A DNA stretch of 64,000 nt, from the IMG/VR virus record IMGVR_UViG_3300024322_000001; one strand, given 5' to 3'. The translations under genes and the position numbers were made by a program. This document shows positions 54,551-64,000 of this stretch, in pieces (the stretch's first letter is position 1; the number at the start of each line of letters is the position of its first letter). Origin of the DNA: a virus (Duplodnaviria > Caudoviricetes). The notes under the pieces are model-generated. The model did no database searches and was not told the origin of the DNA. It saw only the letters and a list, made by a program, of their open reading frames with translations.

Positions 54551-55016
54551 TTATAAAATCTTTTTTATAGAACTTACCTAAAATATTATCGTTTATAAAG
54601 TTATTTCTATCTTCTAATACTTCGTTTATAAATAGGTACTTGCATTCATAATATGTTAGTAGCTTTTTATTAGGTACGAAGCTGAGAATTTTTCTTGAAA
54701 ATTCAAATTGGTTGCCAGACTTTATTATGTCTAATATTTCCTTATGAGAACCATAGTAATCTTTCCAATCAGATTCCTTAACAACTTTCTTCTTTAGCGG
54801 TACTCTGCCTCCGATTCCTTTAGCTTTTCTCTCTTCTTTTAACAATTGAGATTCTTTTTTACCAATCTTAACATTACGTTCAAAAAAGAGTACTTTCTTA
54901 CCGATATACTTTCTACCAGTAGGGGTATGAGTAGTCTGGTATATAAATCCGTAAGTGCCATCAGGCATGTCGGAAATATCTGTTACAATTTTTCCGTCAT
55001 ACCACCATGAAGGCAT
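54537..55016 (-). CDS. GIY-YIG-family endonuclease
   Basis: GFIY...GRKYIGKK...ESDWKDYYGS...E...N; ATG at 55016 (the track uses GTG 55025). Confidence 0.7.
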   Translation of the reverse strand: MPSWWYDGKIVTDISDMPDGTYGFIYQTTHTPTGRKYIGKKVLFFERNVKIGKKESQLLKEERKAKGIGGRVPLKKKVVKESDWKDYYGSHKEILDIIKSGNQFEFSRKILSFVPNKKLLTYYECKYLFINEVLEDRNNFINDNILGKFYKKDFINDKN

Positions 55017-55033
55017 AGTTACCACTGGCTCTT

Positions 55034-58000
55034 CTATTTTTGTTTGAGTATCGATATTTCTGCTTTTAATGCTTCTACTTCTAATTTCAATTCTTTAATT
55101 GCATTTACTGTAGATGCCCAAACTGCGTCTTTATCAAATTGAAGAACTGGATCACCGTCAACTGTTTGTGTAGGGTGAGTAGATACCAACTCTGGCATTA
55201 CTTCCTGTACACATTGAGCTATGAATCCATATTTAGTTTGCTTACTCTCATCATCTTTGAAAGTAAAACTTACAGGATCTAATTGAGATACCTGCGATAA
55301 ACCGTAAGGTATATTTACTACATTCTCTTTAAGCCTAGAATCGGAAACACCTCCGCCAACATTACATAAGTTATTTACAAATGTGTAGTTATCAGCTGTT
55401 GTAGTTAACCCGTTACCTATTACGAAAGAGCAGGTATGGGCTACTGTGTTATTTTGACCTCCAAGAATTCCTGAGTAGTATGTGTTAATTGTGTTATTAC
55501 ATCCTCCAACAATGGCAGACGCTTGACCTGTTATACAGTTGTTACATCCACCTCCTACAAAAGAAAAGCAAGCTGCTTCGTTAAACTTTCCACCTGTTAT
55601 TACACTAAAGTGGCCAGGATTTATAGCTATGTTATTAGAACCTCCTCCTATAAAGCTACAGTTCGCAGTGCTTACAGAGTTACTAGCACCTCCTCCTATT
55701 ACACTACCTTGTGAATTTGTCGTAGTATTGCTTATTCCACCTCCTATAATAGAGTAGTCACTGCATTTTACACAACTGTTAGTACCTGCTACGATACCAC
55801 TATACCTAGAACCTGTTATTCTATTGTATGATCCATTTACTATAGTATTCCTAGAATCAAATTGTTCGTTTTGTATAACGTTAAAACATCCTCCTAAAAT
55901 AGAATCGTTACACCCTTGCGTTATTCTATTGCCTTGTCCTCCTAGTATAGAAGCTGCACAAGTAGAACCATATATTTTGTTACAAGCGCCTCCGCCTATA
56001 TTACCGTAATTTCCTGAACCAGAAATCACATTTTCGAAACCTCCTAAAATAGAAGTACTGGATACTCCATTGATACAGTTAAAAGCCCCACCGGCAATAT
56101 TGCTACAGATAGCTTTAACTGTATTTGAACGCCCGCCGTTTACTGAAGAAAGCTGGTAGCATGATGTATTACTTGATCCTCCGCTTATAGTAGAGCAGCT
56201 ACCAACTGTAAGGTTATTAGCACCTCCTGCTATAACCGAGTAGCTACCAAGTGAACGGTTATTATTACCCCCTACTACCGTAGAGTGATCACATGAACTT
56301 GAGTTGTAACTACCTCCTAATACAGAAGCATATGGGGCTGATGTTACGTTAAGAGCTCCTCCTCCAATAAACTGGCCTAGACAACTGCTACCGCCATCTA
56401 TTTTGTTTCTATAACCTCCAGTTAGTGTGTTATATGAAGAGCCTAATGTACCTGTAATAGTGTTAAAACACCCTCCTCCGATAAATGAATTACAGTGTTT
56501 ACCGGTTATCGAATTTCCACAACCTCCAACAATTGAAGAACAGGCTGAATAGTCAGATATTGAGTTGCAAGATCCTCCAACTATTGCTCCATAGTAGGCG
56601 AATACACAGTTGCCTGCTCCACCTCCAACAACACCGGCGTAACTTCCATTTGTGCAGTTAATGAGACCTCCTAGTATAGAAGACCATGGTGAATAATTAT
56701 AATTACCTTGACCTGATACTATAGATGAGAAGCTACCGTAATTTTTATTATCTTTTCCTGCTCCGATGATAGAGAAGGCGCCTTGTTGAATATTTTCTGC
56801 TCCACCTGCAATAGAAGAAGAGAAGTTATTCATATAATTTTCATTGGTACTATTACCAATAGTAAGTGAGTCAGCAAATATATCTCCGTTTACTGTTAGT
56901 TTAGAGTTACTACCAGAATTGATTGGATCTAATCTCATTGACTCATATGTGCCTCCTGCTGTTGTATGAGTCCATTTAAAGTATTCGTTATTATTATCTC
57001 TAGTATTAAACTCTAATCTAGAATCTGTATCTCCATCTTCTGAATTATAGAATCTAATAGAAGCACCGTCTGTGTTCATTGACCATACTATCCCACAAGC
57101 AGTGGTTGAAAATGTTGTACTGCCGGCTTGAGATAAATTACCCCCTATAAGAACATCTGAGTTAAATTTAGATGTACCGACTACGTTAAGTTTATATCCT
57201 GTATCAGTATCAGTAGCAGCTGTTCCTCCTATCTGCCAGTTGTTACTTCCGCTATGTATTACTCCTGCAAAACCTGTTGCATTGCTGGTATCCATATTAG
57301 AACCTGCGAAGAAAGCGAGATCACCAGTAGTTAGTATTTCTGAAGATGTTGTGCCTGCTACCATTCCGATGGCATGAGTACCTAAATCTGTTGCTCCATC
57401 TACAATTTTTACTCTGGAAATAATACCGCCTGCACCTTGAGAAGGAGGATATTCTGATACATCTACATATCCGTATGCAGCTAAAGTATAATCTGTTGTT
57501 GTATTTTCTGTTCTATCATCATAAACTTCAAATTGAGAACCTAGTACTTTATCGTAATGGTCGTTAGGGTGTCCGAATAAACCTTTACCGTCACCTCTAA
57601 TCATGAATCTAGCAATAGCGTTATCCCATCCATCAACTTGTGCAGTACCAAAAGTAATACCGCTTTCGCCTACGTTATCATCCATGGCATTAACAATCCA
57701 GAATCTGTTTCCAGTACCTGCAATAGTTCCGTTTGATGTGTCATCAATTATATTGAAACCAACTGCTGCATTTTTAGCACCTCCATCTTGTTTAAATAAT
57801 ATAGATGGATTATCATTCTCACCCGTAATCTCTGTGTTCTTAGTATCTGCCTCTAATGTTAAAGTTGCGTCTCCTCCTGATATGTTTCTTATCTCTAAAG
57901 CTTCATTGAAGACTGATTTACTACTACCTATAGTTAATGCTTGAGTAGCACCAAACATAAAAGAAAATTCATCTCCATGATTCCTTAAATATGCTCCATC

Positions 58001-58657
58001 GCCTATATTATTTACATCACCTATAGAAAAAGCACCTTCATCATTTATGTTAAAAAGAGTAGCGTTACCGTTTGTAAATCTAACAAATTCTTTGCTGCCA
58101 TCAAAGCTATTAACAGCAACATGAAAAGAACCAGATGGGGATTCGGTTCCTATACCAACACGATTATTACTATCTGTCGTTAAAGTAATCTTTCGATCAT
58201 TCTTTATTTTTATAGTAGAAGAATTGCCGATGATTTGAGCAGAATCACCTAAGCCTTGGGTATCCCCTATTGTAAAAGTACCATTTAATGGATTTGCAAT
58301 CAATACATCTTCACCTGCATTTGTAACTTTAAATTCACCGCCTTGAACACCTAATGAGCCTGTAAATCCGTGATTATCATCTGAAGTATCTCCAAACTTA
58401 GTAGAGCCGTCTTCAAATACTACTGAGGCATTATCGAACTCTGTGCGAACTTCTTGTGCTGTTAATGTTCCTCCTACAGTTAGATCTCCCTCTACTGTTG
58501 TTGCTCCTTTAAATACTGTGCTGCCACTTAGAATATTGGTACCTGATAAGGTAGTATGTCCGTTATGTACAAGTGAACCAGTAATAGTAGTATTCCCATC
58601 AATGCTTATATGGTTACTAGAGTTAGGTTGTATTTTGTTTACTTTTAATGTGCTCAT
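55034..58657 (-). CDS. Tail fibre with Cys-rich GG repeats and peptidase S74 chaperone
   Basis: SDSRLKENV...YGFIAQ...PELV; many IxGGxxN repeats. Confidence 0.85.
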   Translation of the reverse strand: MSTLKVNKIQPNSSNHISIDGNTTITGSLVHNGHTTLSGTNILSGSTVFKGATTVEGDLTVGGTLTAQEVRTEFDNASVVFEDGSTKFGDTSDDNHGFTGSLGVQGGEFKVTNAGEDVLIANPLNGTFTIGDTQGLGDSAQIIGNSSTIKIKNDRKITLTTDSNNRVGIGTESPSGSFHVAVNSFDGSKEFVRFTNGNATLFNINDEGAFSIGDVNNIGDGAYLRNHGDEFSFMFGATQALTIGSSKSVFNEALEIRNISGGDATLTLEADTKNTEITGENDNPSILFKQDGGAKNAAVGFNIIDDTSNGTIAGTGNRFWIVNAMDDNVGESGITFGTAQVDGWDNAIARFMIRGDGKGLFGHPNDHYDKVLGSQFEVYDDRTENTTTDYTLAAYGYVDVSEYPPSQGAGGIISRVKIVDGATDLGTHAIGMVAGTTSSEILTTGDLAFFAGSNMDTSNATGFAGVIHSGSNNWQIGGTAATDTDTGYKLNVVGTSKFNSDVLIGGNLSQAGSTTFSTTACGIVWSMNTDGASIRFYNSEDGDTDSRLEFNTRDNNNEYFKWTHTTAGGTYESMRLDPINSGSNSKLTVNGDIFADSLTIGNSTNENYMNNFSSSIAGGAENIQQGAFSIIGAGKDNKNYGSFSSIVSGQGNYNYSPWSSILGGLINCTNGSYAGVVGGGAGNCVFAYYGAIVGGSCNSISDYSACSSIVGGCGNSITGKHCNSFIGGGCFNTITGTLGSSYNTLTGGYRNKIDGGSSCLGQFIGGGALNVTSAPYASVLGGSYNSSSCDHSTVVGGNNNRSLGSYSVIAGGANNLTVGSCSTISGGSSNTSCYQLSSVNGGRSNTVKAICSNIAGGAFNCINGVSSTSILGGFENVISGSGNYGNIGGGACNKIYGSTCAASILGGQGNRITQGCNDSILGGCFNVIQNEQFDSRNTIVNGSYNRITGSRYSGIVAGTNSCVKCSDYSIIGGGISNTTTNSQGSVIGGGASNSVSTANCSFIGGGSNNIAINPGHFSVITGGKFNEAACFSFVGGGCNNCITGQASAIVGGCNNTINTYYSGILGGQNNTVAHTCSFVIGNGLTTTADNYTFVNNLCNVGGGVSDSRLKENVVNIPYGLSQVSQLDPVSFTFKDDESKQTKYGFIAQCVQEVMPELVSTHPTQTVDGDPVLQFDKDAVWASTVNAIKELKLEVEALKAEISILKQK

Positions 58658-58962
58658 TTTAAATAATTGTTAGTGTTGCGTTATCGTCTACTTCGATTAA
58701 TGATGAATTAGTTATTGGTCCGAAAAGTCCTGCATTATAATTAGACGGGACTTTAAAATGTTTTGTTACTGTGTCTGGGTTCATAAATGCACCCTCTATA
58801 ACTGTTAGGTTACCTGTTACTGATTGGCTACCTGTAACTTCTAAACTACCTGTAAAGGTATGTCTATCTTCTAATGTATCTCCAAATTTTGTAGAACCTG
58901 ATTCAAATATTACTGCGGCGTTTTGAAATTCTGTGCGAACTTCTTGTGCAGTTAATGTTCCT
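58441..58962. repeat. 32-bp direct repeat shared by adjacent fibre genes (58441-58472 and 58931-58962)
   Basis: ctgtgcgaacttcttgtgc(t/a)gttaatgttcct, encoding GTLTAQEVRT. Confidence 0.85.
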
Positions 58963-59465
58963 GTAACGGTTAAGTCTCCGTCTACATTCATATCCCCAGC
59001 AGTATTAACTGTACCTGTAAACTTGTGAGTATCATCTGGGGTATCTCCAAATTGTGTTGAACCTGATTGATATACAACAGATGAAGATACTAATTGAGTA
59101 TGAAATTCTTTACCTGTAATTGTTCCTGTAACTGTAACATTACCGTCAACATGGTGATCACCTATAGTAATTAGAGAACCGGTTAACTTAAGTTTATTCT
59201 GTCTATAGTCAAATATAAAGTTTGGGGTAGAGCCAAATAAAGCGTTTGAACCAGAATCTGCATTTCCTACCTTATATTGAATATTGTAATCACTTCCCGA
59301 GGGTGCGCCTCCGGGGAATTGTAATTCATTACAGAGAGATGCGGTTGTAAAGAGACTAATAGCAGTACCGGAAATAGATGACGAATAGACAAACTGTCTA
59401 AAGTTATTATCTAGTTCTTGATGGCTTAATGCCGAGCCTTTATCTCCTCTTAATATAATTGCCAT
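58659..59465 (-). CDS. Short fibre/baseplate-attached protein
   Basis: KGSALSHQELDNNF anchor; two SGST.FGD..DD.H.FTG repeats. Confidence 0.65.
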   Translation of the reverse strand: MAIILRGDKGSALSHQELDNNFRQFVYSSSISGTAISLFTTASLCNELQFPGGAPSGSDYNIQYKVGNADSGSNALFGSTPNFIFDYRQNKLKLTGSLITIGDHHVDGNVTVTGTITGKEFHTQLVSSSVVYQSGSTQFGDTPDDTHKFTGTVNTAGDMNVDGDLTVTGTLTAQEVRTEFQNAAVIFESGSTKFGDTLEDRHTFTGSLEVTGSQSVTGNLTVIEGAFMNPDTVTKHFKVPSNYNAGLFGPITNSSLIEVDDNATLTII

Positions 59466-59466
59466 T

Positions 59467-60108
59467 TTATTCTTCTAGTTTAGCGATTCTTTTTTCAAGC
59501 TCTCCTATAATACTACTCTGTTCATTAACTGCTTCAATCAAAAGAGGAACAAGTTTAGAGTAGTCTACAGAAAGATATGAATTTATATCTTCAGAAACAA
59601 CTTCCGGAAGAACTTCTTTTACCTGTTGAGCTATTACTCCAACTTGACTCTCTTCTTTATCTTTCCAGTTAAAGTAAACTCCTTCTATTTGATTAACTCT
59701 CGAGAGAGCATTGTCTATAGGATAAATATTCTCCTTTAGCCTTTTGTCGGAATTAGATAGTAGTCCTTCTGATGCTCTAATACTACCTGAAACTTCTAGA
59801 TTATATGTTAAATTATCTGCTAAAGTATTGATCCCGACTTTTGATGCAGAGTATACTAAGCCTTCAGCTCCTGCTAGGTTACCGTTATTGTTATATTGAA
59901 CTTGTGTATTATCTCCCTGAACTGTTCCTGTTGTCAGAGGAATAACATGAGATTCTCTGTTGATTGGAACTTCAAGACTTCCCGTGTAATGTAGTATTAA
60001 TTCATTTGCATTAGATATAGAACTAGAATAGAAAAATGAACCTAAGTTCTGATCCATCTCTTTATACGATAGTGCTTTTTTCTTTTGTGCTCTAAACTGT
60101 ATTTGCAT
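59467..60108 (-). CDS. Short fibre with peptidase S74 chaperone
   Basis: KKKALSYKEMDQN anchor; SDKRLKENI...GVIAQ...SVDYSKLVPLLIEAV. Confidence 0.8.
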   Translation of the reverse strand: MQIQFRAQKKKALSYKEMDQNLGSFFYSSSISNANELILHYTGSLEVPINRESHVIPLTTGTVQGDNTQVQYNNNGNLAGAEGLVYSASKVGINTLADNLTYNLEVSGSIRASEGLLSNSDKRLKENIYPIDNALSRVNQIEGVYFNWKDKEESQVGVIAQQVKEVLPEVVSEDINSYLSVDYSKLVPLLIEAVNEQSSIIGELEKRIAKLEE

Positions 60109-61142
60109 TATATGTCTATTTTTACTACGAAAGTCATATCTGTATGATGTGTCTTTTGTATTGGTCTATTTGTTTTTGCTACTGCTAATAATTCATTTGC
60201 AGCATTATAAAGTCCAACTGTTGTTATATAGGGAGTAAAATTACTACCTGTTATATTGTTTCTCCTATTACCTAAAGAACCTGAAAGAGCTGAACGATTG
60301 TATGTATAGTTATATTCAGAATCCTTAACAGTACAGTGTACATTATATGTATAAATAGGTTGGTTTGATTTCCATCGCAATTTATGTCTAGAATAAGTAC
60401 TAAAGTACCTTGCTGCTACTTCATCTGTTATTATAGCTAGGCCTTTATTATAAATAATATCACCTACAACTTTCTTAGGCTCCGTCCATAGGTGGTGAGA
60501 ACCTGAGTGTATTAATGATCCTTCACCGTCATCTATAATTGTTAGGCTTTGTTGTTTCCTATTTATATCAACGTATTGGTAATCTTCTCCCGGTGATATT
60601 GATTCAGTTACAAAATCACTTTCATTTTCTACATAATCATCGTCATCTAAAGGATTAGAACCGTACCAGTATTCTAAGTTCTCGATAAATTGATTCTCAC
60701 CGCTTATACAATCCACCATATAATCATCTGCAATATATAGATCTTCCTGTTCAACGAGTGGTCTAAGAGAGAATGTGTTAGGTTCAATATGTGTACCTGT
60801 TACTCCTCTAGGTATAGATATTACTGCTACTTCTGATTTTAAATCTCTAGATCCACTTAATGTTAATGTGGATTGAAGAGATAAGTCACTAGAGCCAGAT
60901 GTTAGTCCGTTACCGATTCCGTCTCTATAGAAATTTTGATTTACACTATCCCAAGTTAATTTCTCATATCTATTGTTACGAAAATCTAAAGGGTAAGGGT
61001 AAAATGGTGTAGAACCAGAAAAACCTCTTAATGTAGAAATATCATAGGTCTCAATTAAGCTACCTGATGCTTCCCATTGTTTACGTGCTGAGTAATCAGA
61101 TACGTATACGTTTTGTCTGTTCAGTTTTTTGTAAGCACTCAT
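60108..61142 (-). CDS. Baseplate/tail structural protein
   Basis: C-terminal PYITTVGLYN..NELLAVAK...P..K domain, paralogous to 61146..62222. Confidence 0.6.
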   Translation of the reverse strand: MSAYKKLNRQNVYVSDYSARKQWEASGSLIETYDISTLRGFSGSTPFYPYPLDFRNNRYEKLTWDSVNQNFYRDGIGNGLTSGSSDLSLQSTLTLSGSRDLKSEVAVISIPRGVTGTHIEPNTFSLRPLVEQEDLYIADDYMVDCISGENQFIENLEYWYGSNPLDDDDYVENESDFVTESISPGEDYQYVDINRKQQSLTIIDDGEGSLIHSGSHHLWTEPKKVVGDIIYNKGLAIITDEVAARYFSTYSRHKLRWKSNQPIYTYNVHCTVKDSEYNYTYNRSALSGSLGNRRNNITGSNFTPYITTVGLYNAANELLAVAKTNRPIQKTHHTDMTFVVKIDI

Positions 61143-61145
61143 TCA

Positions 61146-62222
61146 TTAATAATCAAGCTTAACGCGGATTAGCGATTCCTTTGTAAAATCTTTTAATAGA
61201 GGTCTAGATAATTTTGCGATTGCTAATAAGTCGTTATTATCGTTATATAGCCCCACAGAAGTTACATATGACTGTGGAGAGTTAATCATAACATTATGTC
61301 TAATTTCTCCAGAACCAGTTATTAGAGACGGGTTACTAGAGTAATTAAATTCATTATTTCTAGCTCTAACAAATACAAAGTTAGATGATACTGTTTCTTC
61401 TGATTGTATTCTGAAAGAATTACCTTTTTCAAATAGATCATACCCTAACTGTATATTAGTGGTTATTCCATCGGGATGAAGAACAGACGAACCTGTGTTT
61501 ATATCCATTTCCATTCCTCCATCATTAACAGGTGCTTCTAGTGCATTAGCATTTAATAGTAAAATTCCGATATCCGGGTATAGCTTTCCGTAGGAACCGT
61601 TATTTAAGGTATATCCATTTACATTGTTGCCTGTATATACCTTACCTAGAGAACCGGAAACTAATTCATACTCCCTTCCTGCATCAGTAAAAGTAACTGT
61701 TGACGCTACTTGGCTATTATCTGTAAGTCTAATGTCAATATAATCTTTAGTACCTGAACCATCTAAAGGAATTGCTAATCCTGAACGTTGGTACTTTAGT
61801 TTTAAATCTAAAGTTCCTGGTAGTAGTTTTTCTTTATACCTTGCTCTATCTATGGCTATAGCATAGAAGTGATCAGAAGGTATATTACCGAAACTAAAAT
61901 CAGTATCTTCGTCTCCTAATACTAAAGACCTGTATTGTCCGTATATGGTAGAAGATGGAGATTTTCCGGGTACTATAGGGTTGTAAGGTAAACTACCGTA
62001 ACCGCTTTTATTTCCGTATGTTAAGGAAAATTGAACTCTAGCTGACTCTGCTGAGGCAGATGCTTGATATACATTGTAATAATACTCTCCAGAAGGACCA
62101 CCTATTTGAGTTGAAGAAGTAACAAAGTTATCTAATGTTGTTACGTTTCCTGACCATACCGGTGTTGAAATTGATTCAGCACTTATTACTACGTCTTGTG
62201 GATCGAATCTTTTAAATGACAT
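61146..62222 (-). CDS. Baseplate/tail structural protein
   Basis: EFNYSSNPS...YVTSVGLYND.NDLLAIAKLSRP..K...VKLDY. Confidence 0.6.
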   Translation of the reverse strand: MSFKRFDPQDVVISAESISTPVWSGNVTTLDNFVTSSTQIGGPSGEYYYNVYQASASAESARVQFSLTYGNKSGYGSLPYNPIVPGKSPSSTIYGQYRSLVLGDEDTDFSFGNIPSDHFYAIAIDRARYKEKLLPGTLDLKLKYQRSGLAIPLDGSGTKDYIDIRLTDNSQVASTVTFTDAGREYELVSGSLGKVYTGNNVNGYTLNNGSYGKLYPDIGILLLNANALEAPVNDGGMEMDINTGSSVLHPDGITTNIQLGYDLFEKGNSFRIQSEETVSSNFVFVRARNNEFNYSSNPSLITGSGEIRHNVMINSPQSYVTSVGLYNDNNDLLAIAKLSRPLLKDFTKESLIRVKLDY

Positions 62223-62224
62223 AA

Positions 62225-62881
62225 TTAATTAGTTTTTGTTATGGTTACAGGAATAGTTAATCTTGCTCCAGAATCTCTACCTATTACTGTTAATGTAGTT
62301 TGTAGTTTTGTTCTTGAACCAAATAACGTGTTGATTGTTGTTGATGTTAAGTTGATAGTTGTACCAATTACATTTTTAGATACATTGGTACCTAATGTAG
62401 TAGTAGAATTTAACTGCTCGGCTTCTTCTGTGTTTACTCCAACTCCTGAAAAGGAATTTAGTACCCTAACATCTGCTATGGTAGCTGTATAACCAGAAGC
62501 TTCGAATGTAGATGTTGCTCCTTGGAAGTTTAAAGTCTGAGGTGTTATTGCTACAGATGCTCCTTGTTTTAAAGTAATTGCACTAAATCCTAAATCTAAT
62601 ATCGGTAATTTAGAAGTACCTCTTGGAAGGGTTACTAGCTTGTACTTCATGATTTGTGTCTCATCCGGAAAGGCTTCTAACAATGGCATGTTTTCTATAG
62701 CTTCACCGTAGAGTGCAGAACCTGAGGGATGTTGTGGATTATACAAGGTGTAGTCAATTTCGTCATCTGCTAATGCAAATTGAGTAATTTTGAAAGAACC
62801 GTCCCCTCTAGCTAACAGCTCTCTTCCTTTTTTTGTTAAAATCGCATCCACTGTTACGATCGAATTATCTAAATATCCCAT
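62225..62881 (-). CDS. Conserved-looking virion structural (baseplate-region) protein
   Basis: MGYLDN...VDAILTKKGRELLA...FKITQFALADDEIDY; TATTTATA at 62901..62908. Confidence 0.6.
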   Translation of the reverse strand: MGYLDNSIVTVDAILTKKGRELLARGDGSFKITQFALADDEIDYTLYNPQHPSGSALYGEAIENMPLLEAFPDETQIMKYKLVTLPRGTSKLPILDLGFSAITLKQGASVAITPQTLNFQGATSTFEASGYTATIADVRVLNSFSGVGVNTEEAEQLNSTTTLGTNVSKNVIGTTINLTSTTINTLFGSRTKLQTTLTVIGRDSGARLTIPVTITKTN

Positions 62882-62939
62882 TTTGTTTTATTGTGTTTTA
62901 TATAAATATGTAATAATCTTATTTTATTTAACTTCTAGT

Positions 62940-64000
62940 TTAAGCATCTGATGATGCTGTTACTTCATTTACTGCTATACCAAATTCATCTGTGGTATAT
63001 ACTGATCCCTTGTCTATCGCATGTATTTTACTAGATACAACTCTTACAAGTTTATTTCCTTCTTCCCTGTAGATTACACTACCTGCATATAATGCGGTAG
63101 TACCTGAGTATATAACGCTAGTGTCTATTTCAATTAAATCTGCTTCAAAATCTGTACTTTTTGCAATGGGTGTTCCTTTAACTATAGGAAATGTTGAGTC
63201 AATTAATAGGTTAGATCCTGAAGGTATAAGATCGGTAGGTCTAGATTCTATGTTAAAGTATAGCTTAGATTTATCTGGATCTCCTGCTCCGAGAGCTTGT
63301 AGTGTTGTTGTATTAGCATCCACTGGGTGAATTGCTCCTTCGAACATTATGTATGACTGTGCAGGTAAATCTCTTTCCTGTATTGGGGTGTTAAGACTTC
63401 CTTCGTACCTAGCATTAGTCCAGCCTGAGGTAGTATAGTTACTGTATTGAACTTCTGCTGGGGAAGCTGTTTCTGTAATGATTGCTGATAAATTTGACGG
63501 GGATGCAGCATCTGTATTTCTATCAACTTGAATTGCACCTTTACTAGTTTTTAATCTTAGTGCGTTACCTAGTAGTACATCGAATTCACTATTAGTAAAA
63601 TTTCCAGAGAGGTAATCTATAAAGTTTACTTCTACGTTAAAATCTATGGGTACTCCAGAGGAATCTGTTGAGCCTGGCATCGAAGTAAACACTGTAGGTT
63701 CTACCTGTAAGTAGTAGTAGCCTGTTAGTTTTGATATAGCTAGAACTTTAACTTTTATTCTATCGGAACCTACTGAAAATGTTAAGAATTTAATCTGTTT
63801 TATTGTATCTTCTAATTTAACACTATTTAAACTATTATACGATATAGTCACCCCTATAACTGAGTATGGTGGGAAAAATGCATTTTCTAACTCATAGAAG
63901 TACTCATGTGTATCTATTTCAGGATTGTATTTAAGGTTACGTGTTACGTTATCGTATATACCGCCATCTGCACTACTGCTAGGAATACTAGGATCTGGTA
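62940..64000 (-). CDS. Structural protein, 5'-truncated by the window edge
   Basis: The frame stays open upstream of the track's GTG (63851) to base 64000 (PDPSIPSSSADGGIYDN...); WTNARYEGS motif. Confidence 0.6.
   Translation of the reverse strand, partial: PDPSIPSSSADGGIYDNVTRNLKYNPEIDTHEYFYELENAFFPPYSVIGVTISYNSLNSVKLEDTIKQIKFLTFSVGSDRIKVKVLAISKLTGYYYLQVEPTVFTSMPGSTDSSGVPIDFNVEVNFIDYLSGNFTNSEFDVLLGNALRLKTSKGAIQVDRNTDAASPSNLSAIITETASPAEVQYSNYTTSGWTNARYEGSLNTPIQERDLPAQSYIMFEGAIHPVDANTTTLQALGAGDPDKSKLYFNIESRPTDLIPSGSNLLIDSTFPIVKGTPIAKSTDFEADLIEIDTSVIYSGTTALYAGSVIYREEGNKLVRVVSSKIHAIDKGSVYTTDEFGIAVNEVTASSDA

Noticed and set aside
1214-63330. All plus-strand ORFs in the track (e.g. 12423..12797, 26050..26409, 34276..34635, 57603..57944)
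   Set aside because: Each lies antisense to a well-supported minus-strand gene, has shadow-like composition and no motifs, and mostly uses non-ATG starts.
1-64000. Stop-codon reassignment, as in some large Bacteroidetes phages
   Set aside because: Standard code gives dense full-length genes, and TAG, TGA and TAA all end genes at sensible positions (e.g. TAG at 695 and 31994, TGA at 1617).

Overview
A 64-kb, AT-rich segment of a large T4-related (gp23/gp20/gp17/gp21-type head module) tailed phage. The host is most likely a Bacteroidetes/Flavobacteriia: there are no Shine-Dalgarno sites, start contexts are A-rich, four AGTTG-N20-TATATT promoters resemble the Bacteroidetes -33/-7 type, and one gene encodes a lipoprotein. 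Essentially every real gene is on the minus strand. In transcription order (right to left) the window holds: baseplate/fibre genes with peptidase-S74 chaperones; a GIY-YIG nuclease, primase-like protein and exonuclease; about 20 kb of proteins bearing prohead-protease-type [ILVFM]-x-E leaders; terminase, portal, core, protease, scaffold and major capsid; PhoH; neck and tail-terminator genes; large cadherin-like, Cys-rich and MAM-domain fibres; and a glycosyltransferase + sulfotransferase + PAPS-supply cluster. Strongest candidate novel systems: (1) a capsid-cargo system, made of a cassette array of unrelated genes sharing an MNNF[DN]LRKFLxEN leader, long polyprotein-like ORFs punctuated by protease sites, and leader-tagged enzymes; (2) a phage sulfated-glycan pathway with a possible minimal non-canonical ATP sulfurylase; (3) a 239-nt dual-coding overlap supported by codon evidence. 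Also noted are a putative late-promoter motif (TATTTATA, the reverse complement of the T4 late promoter) and structured 5' leaders. All functional calls come from motif recognition only; no searches were run.
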